From Malacoraja senta (taxonomy: Eukaryota): a DNA stretch of 64,000 nucleotides. A program made the translations under genes and the position numbers. Shown one piece after another: positions 23,203 through 36,743 of the stretch. The notes under the pieces were generated by a model. The model was not told the origin of the DNA, searched no databases, and saw only the letters and a list, made by a program, of their open reading frames with translations. The stretch is taken from contig CM075989.1 of assembly GCA_038087875.1 (NCBI GenBank), positions 20,896,001 through 20,960,000 on the forward strand. Direction: 5' to 3'. Within the stretch, counting starts at the first letter, position 1. Every line of letters starts with the position of its first letter.

Positions 23203-26200
23203 TACGAATTTCATTGTTCTATCTGGGACATATGACAATAAAACACTCTTGCTTCTTGACTTTGTACAGTTTAGTTTAGAAATACATTGCGGAAACAGGC
23301 CCTCTGACCCAGCGGTTCCGCGCCGACCAATGATCCCGGTACACTAATAATGTCCTACACACACGAGGGACAATTTACGATCCTTACCGAGGCAAAATAA
23401 CCTACAAAACCTGCACGTCTTTGGAGTGTGGGAGGAAACCGGAGCACCTGTGGAGAACCCATGCGGTCACTGGGAGAACGTACAAACTCCGTACAGGCAG
23501 CAGCACCCGTGGTCAGGATCGAACCTGGGCCTCTGGTGCTGTAAGGCAGCAACTCTACCGCTGCGCCACCATGCCGACCCTAAACACCTCTTTTGGAATT
23601 TCTGAGCTTTTCGTCATATGTCAAAATATTTACCCTAATTGTTCTTCTTTACAGGAAAGAGGATGATTCATCTGAAATTTACTGTACGGAGACCGCTGCT
23701 CATTGAGTTCAGCTTAAAATTTAATGGCACATTACTGCAACATCAATACATTTTGCAACCGGGCCACTGAATATGCAAATATTGAAAACACTCGCGGGCA
23801 GTTTAATGGGAATGTCTGTTTCTTGGAATGACAGGGATGATCACCTCCTGTTTGCACACTTGCTGAGGCAGCAGCAACAACGGATATACTGAGGTACGAC
23901 ATCAACTCAGCAAGTGAAAGAAATGTCACAGTGAGGCAGTCAGACTGCTGAGTATTTGGTCATTCAGATTTTCTTCAGACTGATGAAGTTCGCCAACCCG
24001 ATATATTGCCAGCTGGGCCTGTATGTCGACCACTTCAAAGGCTTTTGAAGCCCAGAAATAGATCAAAGCAAATGTTTAGCCCAAACTAACATGGTGTCAG
24101 AGGTACACAAAAATGCTGGAGAAACTCAGCGGGTGCAGCAGCATCTATGGAGCGAAGGAAATAGGTAACGTTTCGGGCTGAGTTTCTCCAGCATTTTTGT
24201 GTACCTTCGATTTTCCAGCATCTGCAGTTCCTTCTTTAACACATGGTGTCAGAGGTTATGGGGAGAAGGCAGGAGAGTGGTGTTAGGAGGGAGAGATAGA
24301 TCAGCCATGTTTGAATGGCGGAGTGGACTTGATGGGCTGAATGGCCTAATTCTATTCCTATCCCTTATGACCTTAAAGGTTGACCTGTGAAATGAACCAA
24401 GGGCGGCCCAGGGGTGCACTGGTAGAGTTGGTGCCTCCCACCGCCAAGGGACATGGGTTTGATCCTGACCTTGGGTGCTGTCAGTGTGGAGTTTGCACGT
24501 TCTTCCTGTGACCGCTCTGGTTTCCTTCCACATCCCAAAGACGTGCAGGTTGGTAGGTTAATTGACCACTGTCAATTCCCCCTAGTGTGCAGGAAATGGA
24601 TGAGAAAGTGGGATATTGTAGAACGAGTGCGAATGGGTGATCGGTGGTCAGTGTGGACTCGGTGGGCCGAAGGGCCTCTTTCCATGCTGTACCTCTGAAC
24701 TAAACTGTCAAGATCAATGGAAGGTAGTCATGAAGTGCTGGAGTAACTCAGCGAGTCAGGCAGCATCTCTGGAGAGAAGGAATAAGTGATGTTTCAGGTC
24801 AGAACCCTTCTTCAGACTGAAAGATAGAGGTGAGGTGTGTGGGGGGGGGGGGGGGGGTACTGGAGGCGAGAAAAGACTAGAACGAATCAGGGCAGGCAAC
24901 AGATGACCTTAGAAAGGGTGGAGTCCATAATGGCCCATTGTTGGCTGGAGATGATGTGTTAATGAGAGTGATACAACAAAGTAAATAGTGGAATGAGTGG
25001 GATGACTAGGATGGGGGAGAGAATACATGATTTCTTCAAATTAGCTAAATCAACATTCGATATTCAATGGAAACATTATTTGCTGTTGTCTATTTTACAA
25101 ATAAATCAACTCAAACTGGCAGTCTATTTCAGTATTTTCAGAAAACCTTAAATCACGGCAATTTGATTGTAAACATGGAGTGAGCGCGTTTATGATCTTG
25201 ACCATACTCTTCATACTGCAAGTACCTTGTACCTTGTGGTCATCACTTCCGAAGAGTCCACCAGGAACTATACTGGAAGTTGGACAATTTATACTGGACA
25301 ATGTTTACATTTATCAAGCCAATTAACCTACAAGTGTGAGGTATTGAATTTTGGGAGGTTGAATGTAATGGGAGAGTGGCACGACCCCTAACAGCATTGA
25401 TGTGCAGAGGGATCTTGGAGTCCAAGTTCATAGCTCACTGAAGGTAGCAGCACAAGTAGATAAGATGGTGAAGAAGGTATATGGGGTGCTTGCCTTTATT
25501 GCTAAGGCGATTGAGTATAAGATTTGTAGGTTAATTAGTTTCTGCAAATTGTAAATTGTTCCTAGTGTGTAGGACAGTGCTACTTTATGGAGCGATCGCT
25601 GGTCAGCATGGACTCGCTGGGCCGAAGGGCCTGTTTCCACTCTGTATCTCTAAAGTCTAAAGTCTAAAGAATCGGGAAGGCATGATGCAGCTCCGTCAAA
25701 CTTTGGTTAGGCCACATTTGGAGTATTGCATGCAGTTCTGGTCGCCCCATTGCAGGAAGGATGTGGAGGATTTGGAGGGGGGGAGGGGGGTGCAGAGTAG
25801 GTTTATCAGAATGCTGCCTGTGATAGAGGGGTTCAGCTACAGGGAGAGGTTGGGTAAACTTGGATTGTTTTCGATGGAACATCGGAGGTTGAGGGGAGAT
25901 TTGACAGAAGTATACAAAATTATGAGCGGAACCAATATGGTTGACAGTCAGAACCTTTTTCCCAGGGTGGAATTGTCCAACACTAGAGGGCATAGCTTGT
26001 AAAGTGAGAGGGGGGAGGTTTATTGGAGATGTTTGGGGCAAGTTTTTTTACACAGTGAGTGGTGGGGGCCTGGAACACATTGAGAAAGGGGGTGGTGGAG
26101 GCAGATACGATAGTGGTGTTTAATGGGTTTTTAGATAAGCACCTGGAAGTGCAAGGAATAGGGAGATATGGATCATGAACAGGCAGATGAGATCAGTTCA

Positions 26201-26230
26201 ACTTGGCATCATGTTCGGCACAAACATTGT

Positions 26231-26273
26231 GAATGGTCTGAAGAAGGGTCTCGACCCGAAACGTCACCCATTC
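26231..26273 (+). ncRNA. Minimal type-I hammerhead ribozyme motif (best copy of a Penelope terminal module)
   Basis: GAAUGGU-CUGAAGA-A-GGGUC UC GACCC-GAAA-CG-UC-ACCCAUUC. Confidence 0.65.
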
Positions 26274-26658
26274 CTTCTCTCCAGAGATGCTGCCTGTCCT
26301 GCTGAGTTACTCCAGCTTTTGTGTCTATCTTCGGTTTAAACCAGCATCTGCAGTTCCTTCCTACAAGGTCCCATTTATGTTCTATGTATTTCCCCCAAAC
26401 ACCACCCCCCACCCAACTCTTTCAACCAAAAATGTTGACTATCCATTTCCCTCCACAGATCTTGACCCGAAACATCACCCATTCCTTCTCTCCATAGATG
26501 CTGCCTCACCCGCTGAGTTACTCCAGCATTTTGTGTCTACCTTTGATTTTACCAGCATCTGCAGTTCTTTCTTACACAGCCTGACCCGTTGAGTTCCTCC
26601 ATCACTTTGTGCTTAGCGAGGTTTTGAAACTTGAGTGTCTTTTTATCAGTAATTTAAT

Positions 26659-26775
26659 CCACCCTGTTTCGACGAATGCCATCAACCTGGCGTGCCAAAA
26701 CAGAAGATCAAACAGAGCAAGAGCAAGTTGCCTTACAACTTTAGGCTGTGCACGCCATACGCAAGAAGAAGAAGA
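26659..26775 (+). mobile_element. Short (GAA)n-tailed retroposon fragment
   Basis: TSD AGTAATTKAAT (26648-58, 26776-86); ends CATACGCAA(GAA)n. Confidence 0.6.
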
Positions 26776-28554
26776 AGTAATTGAATGTTTAGGATATTCA
26801 TATCCCTGTTTTCATAATTGTTTAGCCTAGAAGATATCATTTAATCTTATGTGGTTGTGAATTGTGAAATCAACTAACTCAGCTTGCTTGACAAAAACAT
26901 AGCAGGTCTGTCTATTTATAACAGTTTGTGAAACCAGTTTGGCACAAGCATATTGTGAAAACAAATCCAATAGGAAGTAGAAAAGTTGGAGAGTGGATTT
27001 ATGTCAGAATATAGGGATCATATCCACCTATCACTTGCCAAGCTTTGTCCTGCCCCCACCTCTTTTTCCTAGCTTTCTCCCCCCTCCAACAATCAGTCTG
27101 AAGAAGGGTCCCGACCCAAAGCATTGTCTAGTCCATTCCCTCCACAGGTGCTACCTGATCTGCTGAGTTTAATTTAGTTTAGAGATACAGCGCGGATACA
27201 GGCCCTTCGGCCCACCGAGTCCACACCGACCAGCAATGCCCGCACACTAACACTATCCTACACACACTAGGGACAATTTACATTTACACCAAAGCCAATT
27301 AACCTACAAACCTGCACGTCTTTGGAGTGTGGGAGAAAACCGGAGAAAACCCATGGGGTCACGGGGAGAACATACAAGTTCCATACAGACAGCACCCGTG
27401 GTCGGGATCGAACCTGGGTCTCTGGCGCTGTCAGGCAGCAACTCTACCGCTGCACCACCGTGCCGTTCCTCCGGCTCTTTATGTTATGATCATTTACAAA
27501 GCGTTTTTAAAAAAAACATTCTTTGGATATCTCAAAGAACTTTGCCACCGATGACTTATTATTGAAATACCAGCAGTTGTGTTTTGTCGGCATGGGGAAC
27601 AAACAATTTATAGACATCAATATCCCTTAAATATGATTAGGTGGATGACTGATCATGAATGGTATTAGTAAGGTCGTCTGTTAATTCCTCCACCATCACC
27701 CCAGCTCCCCTCTTCGGATACTGAAACCTTTAATCAGGTCTTTGTTGCCCTGTAGACCTCCCTCAATCTGTCCATAAATTGAGGCCATTCAAAGGTTTGG
27801 TTTGGTCTCAATGTTATAGGTCTCACCCATCACCCTGTTGCTTATTAGCCTTCACTGCACCCTTATGAACAGCGCTGTGATTTTAGATTGCCGTATATCC
27901 TTTCAGAACACAAGATGACTGCCTTCACATAAAGCCTGGGTCATTCAGCCCATTGCCTTCATGCTAACTCACAGAGCAATCCTATTCCCCATTCATTTCC
28001 CCTGCAGCCTTTTCTCTGTATATTCCTAACAATTCCACTGTCTAGCTACACAAAGGGCAATTTTCAGTGGCTAATAAACCCACCTACATACATCTGTAGA
28101 AGATTAACATATACAGTAAGACAATAAGACCATTAGACATAGGAGCAGAATTAGGCCATTTGGCCCATTGAGTCTACTCCACCATTCAATCATGGCTGAT
28201 CTATTTTTCCCTCTCAACCCCATTCTTCTGCCTTCTCCCCATAAACCCCTGACACCCGTACTAATCAAGAATCTATCAATCTCCGCTTTAAAAATAGCAA
28301 TTGACTTGGTCTCCACGGCCATCTGTGGCAATGAATTCCACATATTCACCAGACTCTGGCAAAAGAAATTCCTTCTCATCTCCATTCTGAAGGAACATCC
28401 TTTTATTCTGAGGCTGTGCCCTCTGTTTATCATTAAACATTCTATTGAAATGGGGCTAGCTTGGATGGGGCATCTTGATCAACTTGTTTGAATTGGGCCC
28501 AGGGTCTGATTCTGTGCTGCATGAGGCTACGACTCCATGACATAGATAAGGGTC

Positions 28555-30670
28555 AAGTTCAAGTTCAAGTGAGTTTATTGTCATGTGTCCCTGATAGGAC
28601 AATGAAATTCTTGCTTTGCTTCAGCACAACAGAACATAGAAGGCATTGACTACAAAACAGATCAGTGTGTCCATATATCATTATATAAATATATACACAC
28701 ATGAATAAATAAACTGATAAAGTGCAAATAACAGATAATGGGCTATTAATATTCATAGTTTTGTCCGAGCCAAGTTTAATAGCCTGATGGCTGTGGGGAA
28801 GTAGTTATTCCTGAACCTGGTCGTTGCAGTCTTCAGGCTCCTGTACCTTCTACCTGAAGGTAGCAGGGAGATGAGTGTGTGGCCAGGATGGTGTGGGTCC
28901 TTGATGATACTGCCAGCTTTTTTGAGGCAGCGACTGTGATAGATCCCCTCGATGGAAGGGAGGTCAGAGCCGATGATGGACTGGGCAGTGTTAACTACTC
29001 TTTGTAGTCTTTTCCTCTCCAGGGCGCTCAAGTTGCCGAACCAAGCCACGATGCAACCGGTCAGCATGCTCTCTACTGTGCACCTGTAGAAGTTAGAGAG
29101 AGTCCTCCTTGACATACCGACTCTCCGTAATCTTCTCAGGAAGTAGAGGCGCTGATGTGCATTCTTAATAGTAGCATCAGTGTTCTCGGACCAGGAAAGA
29201 TCTTCAGAGATGTGCACGCCGAGGAATTTAAAGCTCTTGACCCTTTGAACCATTGACCCATTGATATAAATGGGACTGTGGGTTCCCATCCTACTCCTTC
29301 CAAAGTCCACAATCAGTTCCTTGGTTTTGCTGGTGTTGAGCCAGGTTATTGTGCTGGCACCATTTGGTCAATCGGTCAATCTCACTTCTATACTCTGACT
29401 CGTCCCCATCAGTGATACGTCCCACAACAGTGGTGTCATCAGCGAACTTGATGATGGGGTTCGCACTATGACCGGCTACGCAGTCATGAGTATAGAGTGA
29501 GTACAGCAGGGGGCTGAGCACGCAGCCTTGAGGTGCTCCCGTGCTGATTGTTGTCGAGTCTGACACATTTCCACCAATACGAACAGACTGTGGTCTGAGA
29601 ATGAGGAAGTCGAGGATCCAATTGCAGAGAGATGCGCAGAGACCCAGTTCTGCGAGTTTGGTAACCAGCTTGGAGGGGATGATTGTATTAAATGCCGAGC
29701 TGTAATCGATGAATAACAGCCTGACATATGAGTTTTTGTTGTCCTAGTGGTCCAGAGCGGAGTGGAGAGCCAGCGAGATCGCATCCACCGTTGATCTGTT
29801 GTGGCGGTAAGCGAACTGCAGTGGGTCCAGGTTTTTGTCGAGGTAGGAGTTGATTTGCACCATGATCAACCTCTCAAAGCACTTCATCACCGCAGGCGTT
29901 AGTGCCACAGGTCGATAGTCATTGAGGCACGTCACCTTGCTCTTCTTGGGCACTGGTATGATTGATGCCCTTTTGAAGCAGTTGGGAACCTCAGACCTCA
30001 GAAGTGAGCGGTTGAAAATGTCCGTTAAAACCTCCAGCCAGTTGGTCCGCACAGGTTTTAGAACACGACCAGGTATACCATCAGGTCCAGGCGCTTTTCG
30101 AGGGTTCACCCTTCTGAAGAATTTCCTGACGTCGGCCTCTGTGACTGAGACTGAAATACCATCACAGCGAATGGGAGCTCGGGAAGGCACATCGGTGTTC
30201 TCCATATCAAAGCGTGCGTAAAACGCATTGAGCTCATCAGGGAGTGATGTTTCGCCGACATTCGAGCTGCCTCCTGATTTTGCCTTGTAGGAGGTGATTG
30301 CATTCAGGCCCCGCCACAGCTGCCGAACATCTGTCTCATCCTCCAGTTTGGAGCAGAATTCCCTTTTGGCCTTTTTGATGGCCTTACCAAGGTCGTATCT
30401 GGACTTCTTGTAGACCACTGTATCATCAGACATGGTCTTCAGAAGAGTGCGGATCTAAAAGTTCATCCAAGGTTTCTGATTGGGAAACACTCGGAAGGTT
30501 TTTGTAGGGATGCAGTCCTCTACACATTTCTTAATGAAGTCTGTAACGACTGTGGCGTATTCGTTCAAGTCCGTTGCCGGGTCCTTGAACATTGCCCAGT
30601 CGACAGACTCCAAACAGTCCTGTAGTTGTTCCTCTGCCCCCGCCGACCAGCTCTGCACTGTCCTCACCTC
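28555..30670 (-). mobile_element. Rex1/Babar-type LINE, 5'-truncated and frameshifted
   Basis: ORF pieces [56 protein letters not shown]; 3' tail with short repeats. Confidence 0.88.
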
Positions 30671-31149
30671 CGAAACGTCACCCATTTCTTCTCTCCAGAG
30701 ATGCTGCCCGTCACGCTGAGTTACTCCAGCATTTTGTGTCTGCCTTCATTTTAAAACAGCATCTGTAGTTCCTTCCTATACAGAATCTCCACAATCTTCT
30801 AAGGAAGTAGAAGCATAGATTCCAAGAAGGACGTTCTTTTAGGAAGGAAATGAGGAGGAATTTCTTTAGTCAGAGGGTGGTGAATCTGTGGAATTCTTTG
30901 CCACAGAAGGCTGTGGAGGCCAAGTCAGTGGATATGTTTAAGGCAGAGATAGATAGAATTATTGTGTAGGAAAGAACTGCAGATGCTGGTTTAAATGGTT
31001 GAAGACAGGTCTCGACCCGAAACGTCACCCATTCCTTCTCTCCATAGATGCTGCCTGTCCCGCTGAGTTACTCCAGCATTTTATGTCTACCTTAGATAGA
31101 ATTCTTGATTCGTACAGGTGTCGAGGTTATGGGGAGAAGGCAGGAGAAT

Positions 31150-31467
31150 TTGATTTGATTTGATTTTATTTCTTGTCATTTGAACCTCAAAGAGGCTCAA
31201 ACGAAACTCCGTTTCCACAGCCATACAAACAAAACAATTCCTACACGACACACAAACAATTCAATTTACAGAAAAACATCCATCACAGTGAATCTCCTCC
31301 TCCCTGTGATGGAAGGCAAAGTCTTTTCTCTCCCCTGCACCATTTTTCTCCCGATGTTGAAGCCCCAGGCGGGCAATGTTAAGTCCCACGGCCGTTGAGG
31401 CCGCGCCGGGCGGTATACAGCTTCGCTCCGGGCCCAAAGTCACAAGTTGGAGCCCCGGCGGGCCGTA
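31150..31467 (-). mobile_element. Second copy of the 20500 family, nested in a CR1 fragment
   Basis: Shared GACTTTTGCC.CCATCACAG...CACTGTG.TGGATG block and 3' hairpins; (TCAAA)n tail. Confidence 0.6.
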
Positions 31468-34400
31468 AATGGGGTTAGGAGGGAGAGATAGATCAGCCAT
31501 GATTGAATGGCAGAGTAGATTTGATGGGCCGCATGGCCTAATTCTCCTGCTATCCCTATGACCTTATGGGCACGAATGTGCTGGGCCCAGGACTTTGAAA
31601 ACTGTTGGAGTTCTGGTCAGTTCCACTGAGGATAACGCTACCGCGTGCAGGACCTGTCTGCAAGGGTATTTATGGTGTTGTTGTCACAGTGTCCTCTGAC
31701 CACAGGACTTCTCACGTAACTATATCGCAACACACTACGTGCTACAAATATTGTTCCCCTGTGTGGATCTCAAATTAACATCATTCCTTGCCTGAGGAAT
31801 CCTCAAACATTAAGAGTGTCAGAAATAGACGTTACTGAATTGTTGGAATTAAGCCACCAAACAATAGATCAAAGCAATAGTGGACTATATAGCATTATTT
31901 ATCCGATGATTTCAATTAAGCAGCATAGATTTTTCCCTGCTGAAATATTTTGACATTCATCATTATTAGACATTCTCAGGTTTTTATATTTGTAGAGCAA
32001 AAAAAGATGGGGACTAAATATTTTTGAAATGCATATGACTGATGTTTAGCGAATGAGCTGGTTAAAGTAAGTCATATGAGGCTGTTTTTTCTTGGAACAA
32101 TAATACATCTGATGCCAAGTTCTGGAGAGAACAACATTCTAATTCCTGGGACATATCCAATATTCCATGCATCCAGTTGCCAGTTTGGAAAATTTCCAGC
32201 AGGAACCATTTCAGGTAGTTTGTTCGGATGGATACAGTTCAGTAAAAGAGGTTGATGCTTAGACTTTACTTTAGACTTTGGAGATACAGTGCGGAAACAG
32301 ACCCTTTGCCCAATGAGTCTGCGACGACTAACGATCACCCCGTGCACTAACCTGCACACACCAGGGGCACTTTTTACAACTTACCAAAGCCAATGAGCCC
32401 ACAAATCTGTACGTCTTTGGAGTCAGAGTCATACAGGGTGGAAACTGGCCCCACGGCCCAACTTGCCCACACCGGCTCGCTTGCGTTTGGCCCATATCCC
32501 TCTAAAGCAATCCTGTCCATGTACCCGTCTAAATGTTTCTTAAACATTGCGATAGTCCCTGCAGGGGTGTGGGAGGAATCCAGGACACCTTCGGGTGCTG
32601 GAATCCAGGACACCTTCGGATGCTCTGGTTTCCTCCCATATCCCAGTGACGTGCAGGTTTGTGGGTTAATTGGCCTCTGTAAATTTCCCCTAGTGTGTGG
32701 GGAGTGGTATAACATTTGCCCTGGTCTTTTCTCGCCTCCAGTGTATCGGGTGTCATAACAACCGATAAAAAACAGTATCTGCAGTTCCTTCCTGCACATG
32801 GAACTAGTGTGAATGGGTGATGGACTCGATGGACTGATTGGCCTTTATCCATGCTCTATATCTGAACTGAACATATGGTATGGTTAGCTACCCAATAAAC
32901 CCACGTGGTCACTGGGCGAACAAGCAAACGCCACACAGACAGCAACCACATATGTGGATTTCAGTAATGTTGAACTATGTGAACATATTTTAATTTTTAA
33001 TGTCTGAGCAAAATAGATTATTTCAGGAGAAACTTCATTCAATACAAAGGGTACAAAGAAGATTTACGAGGATGTTGGCAGGACTAGAGGGTCTGAGCTA
33101 TAGGGAGAGGTTGAGTAGGCTGGGAGCGCAGGAGGATGAGGAATGATCTTATAGAGGTATATAAAATCATAAGAGGAATCAACCGGGTAGATGCACAGTC
33201 ACTTGCCCCACAGTAGGTGAATCAAGGACCAGAGGACATACTGTAAGTTTAAGGTGAAGGGGAAAAAAACTTAATAGGAATCTGAGGGGTGACATTTTCA
33301 CACAAAGAGTGGTGGTGTATGGTAGAAGCTGACAGAGGAAGTAGTTGAGGCTGGGAATATCCCAACATGTAAGAAACAGTTACAAAGATAGGACAGGCTT
33401 GGAGGGATATGGGCTAAATGCGGGCAGGTAGGACTAATGTAGCTGGGACATGTTGGCCGGTGTGGGCAAGTTTGGCCGAAGGGCCTGTTTCCAAGCTGTA
33501 TTGCTCTATGACTCTATGAATACAGCAACAAGGAACCTGGTGACATAATGAACAATCTAATCGTGAAGTCCTAATTAAGGCCAAAACGTGAACCTTTCAT
33601 CTTGGGTAAATCTGGCAAGGATAGTATTCTAAATTTGGATGGAGAATGTAACAAAGAACGAGAAAGCCTCGGTTCACACGAGATGAACTGTATGTTTTGA
33701 CAATGAAGCTGGAAGGCAGAAATAAGTTTATACATTTCACAAAAGGATTTCCAGAGTTCCGTGTCAACTGAAGTGAATTCAGCAAGGCACTGCAACTTCA
33801 GAAGCAAAGAAACTTGGACAGTTGAAAGTCACAGATCTTGTTACACCAGTAACCATGTATGGAACGAAACCCGCTGAGGAAAGATAACATCAACTTCTCA
33901 GTCTGAAGGGTCTTGACCCGAAGCGTCACCCATTCCTTCTCTCCAGAGATGCTGCCTGTCCCACTGAGTTACTCCAGCATTTTGTGTCTATCTTCGATTT
34001 AAACCGGCATCTGCAGTTCCTTCCTACACATTTTGTCAAATTCTCAGTGTTTTTCACCTTGTTGAAATATGCTTTAAAACATGAATCATTTGTAGTCAAG
34101 AGTGATTTATAGTTGTTTACCAAACAGAACAATGAAATTATTACATGCAGCAGCACAACAGAATATGTAAACAGGGTACTCTGTGTGTGTATATATATAC
34201 ACAAAATAAAATATGTACACATATTATCTATATATACACATATCATATGCATGTGTATCTGCACATATACTGCATATGTGTAATATGATAGATATATAAT
34301 ACATGTGCATATATATAAAGATACAGCGATATCTATGTGTGTATATATATATGGCTCTGTTTTTGTGCTTCTGTAATTCGTCTCGCTACCCTCAGGCCCC

Positions 34401-35381
34401 ATTCAACACAAATCACATAAGGACTTTGTTCCCCAAAAGCATGGGGTGTTGAAAACTCAAGGGAGAGTTTTAAAGTGAGAGAGAAAAGTTGTTTAAAAAG
34501 GACCTGAGAGGCAACTTTTTCACTTAGATGGTGGTGAGTATATAGAACAAGTTGCCAGAGGAAGTGGTAGACGTGGGTACAATGAATCTAAAAGATAGTT
34601 GGACAGGTACATAGATAGGAAAGTTTTTGAGGGGCTTTGATGGACCAGTTGGGCCGAAGGGCCTGTTTCTACGTGGTATAACTCTATGACTCCATAAATT
34701 TTGATCATAAGGGGTCTTGGTTATGCTGTGGAGTGGACAACCTTCAGAGATTTGCTGTTGTTCTATCACCTTCACACGTAACAGATCAACGCACAGACAT
34801 GGTACATGAAATGTAGTAGACAAAACATTGGCTCCTTTTATGCTCAACCAACATTAAAAACTCTCACGTGACATGGCTGGGCAGACTAGCGGGAGTTCAG
34901 TCTAAGACTTCATCCAAGTTGTACCGTACCTTGACAATACTGCCATGCACAAAGCAGTTTTGTCGAATTGCTGATTCATTTCTTAGATTTTTGTGAAAAG
35001 GCAGAATACACCCCCCCCCCCCCCCCCCCCCACCAAAGGGTCTGTTTCCACACTATATCTCCAAAACTAAAAGGCGATCAATATCTGAGCTGCCTTGAAT
35101 TAGGAAAGAAAATTGAAATGACCTGTTTTCATTCAATAATGCCCCTTGGAAGATTACCTTAAACGTTCTGTGTAAATACAAGTTATTGTAGTTTTTATTA
35201 ATTTGCAATGAATCTGAAGCAGTAATCCTTATTTATTTTTTAGCATTATTTTGAGTTTTATTTCCATATAATCTACAAAATACTGTATTAAAAATGCTAA
35301 GTGTTAGCCAAGTGTTTTAAAATATTCCAAATGACAGGCAGTAGCCATCCATGTCTCAGGCAAGATGGATTGTATTGTGTA

Positions 35382-36743
35382 CTAGACTAAGTGCCACCCG
35401 TTGGGTCCCAGCATCACACGGGAGGGCTGGTCCCCCAACGCAATATTCCACCTCTCCACCAATTCCAATATTGGTTGCCAGTGGGGGGGGGGGAGGGCTT
35501 TCTGGAGCACTAGTATGGGTGTTGTGGGCTGAAGGGACTGGTTTCCAGGGGGGCTAGTATGGACATTGTGGGCCGAATGGATTCCTGTCTGGCGGCTCAG
35601 TCACTCAAGCCTGTTGGGCTGGCAGCTCACTCACTCACAGCTGGTGGACTGGCAGTTGACTCACGGCTATTCCTTGAAATTCCATTTCAAGCAGGGTGCA
35701 AGGCCACCAAATTCAAGTGCAGTTTCTTACCACTTCAAGCAGCGTGCAAGGCTACCAAATTCAAGAGCAGTTTCATACCATTTCAAGCAGGGTGCAAGGC
35801 CACTAAATACAGCGAGTCGTGACCTCTCCCTCCTCCATCTTGCAGAGACTGAGCCACGCCAATACTTCTGGGTTTTATAGTCCCTCCCCCCCCTCCCACC
35901 AGAAGGGGCGTGGCCTTCATGGCGTGATTGACGGGAGAGAAAATCTCAACATTTTTTAAACATTAATAACTCTTTTATTTTTCATCGATGGGAAAAATCC
36001 TCGGCACCTGATGAGCGGAGGGGGACTGAGTAAGATGGCCAAAAATCACAGCCGCACGTGGGAGCATTTTTTTCTAAAATTAATATAAAGCGCAAACAGG
36101 AAGTGGTCAAGATTACTTTTAATTATATAGGAGGCAAGGCAACTTTAATTAGGCAAGGCAACTTTAATTAGGCAAGGCAACTTTAATTAGGCAAGGCAAC
36201 TTTAATTTGGCAACACAGCTTTAGCATTTCCAAACCATAGGCAACACAGCTTTAGCATTTCCAAACCAAAGGCAACACAGCTTTAGCATTTCCAAACCAA
36301 AGGCAACACAGCTTTAGCATTTCCAAACCAAAGGCAACACAGCTTTAGCATTTCCAAACTATATTTTCAAACCACATTAAGGGCACTGACAGGTTAGTAA
36401 AACCACTCAGAGTTTAGTAGACACGTGTTCAGTGTTATTCATAGCTCAGAGACGTGACCCTCTTGCTCCCCCATCTTGTAGAGACTAACTGAGGCACTCA
36501 ACACTTCCGGGTTTTATAGTCCCTCCGGAAGGGGCGTGGTCATCAGGAGAGAGAATCTCAACATTTTTTAAACACTAATAACTCTTTTATTTTTTTAATC
36601 GATGAAAAAATCCTCTTATCCTGTGCAGCGGAGGGGGACTCGGAGTAAGATGGCCAAAAATCAGAGTCGTAAGTGGCAGCGTTTTTTCTAAAATCAATAT
36701 ACAGAACAGGAAGTGGTCATGATCAGACTTTTAGTAATATAGA
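35382..36743 (-). mobile_element. Non-autonomous Helitron (copy B) with duplicated 5' module and internal minisatellites
   Basis: Minus strand A|TCTATATTACT ... TGGGACCCAACGGGTGGCACTTAGTCTAG|T; both ends homologous to copy A; 19-bp and 31-bp tandem repeats at 36133-36360. Confidence 0.8.

Noticed and set aside
36133..36360. Regular 19-bp and 31-bp repeats resembling a CRISPR array
   Set aside because: Head-to-tail with no unique spacers, eukaryotic context, inside a Helitron.
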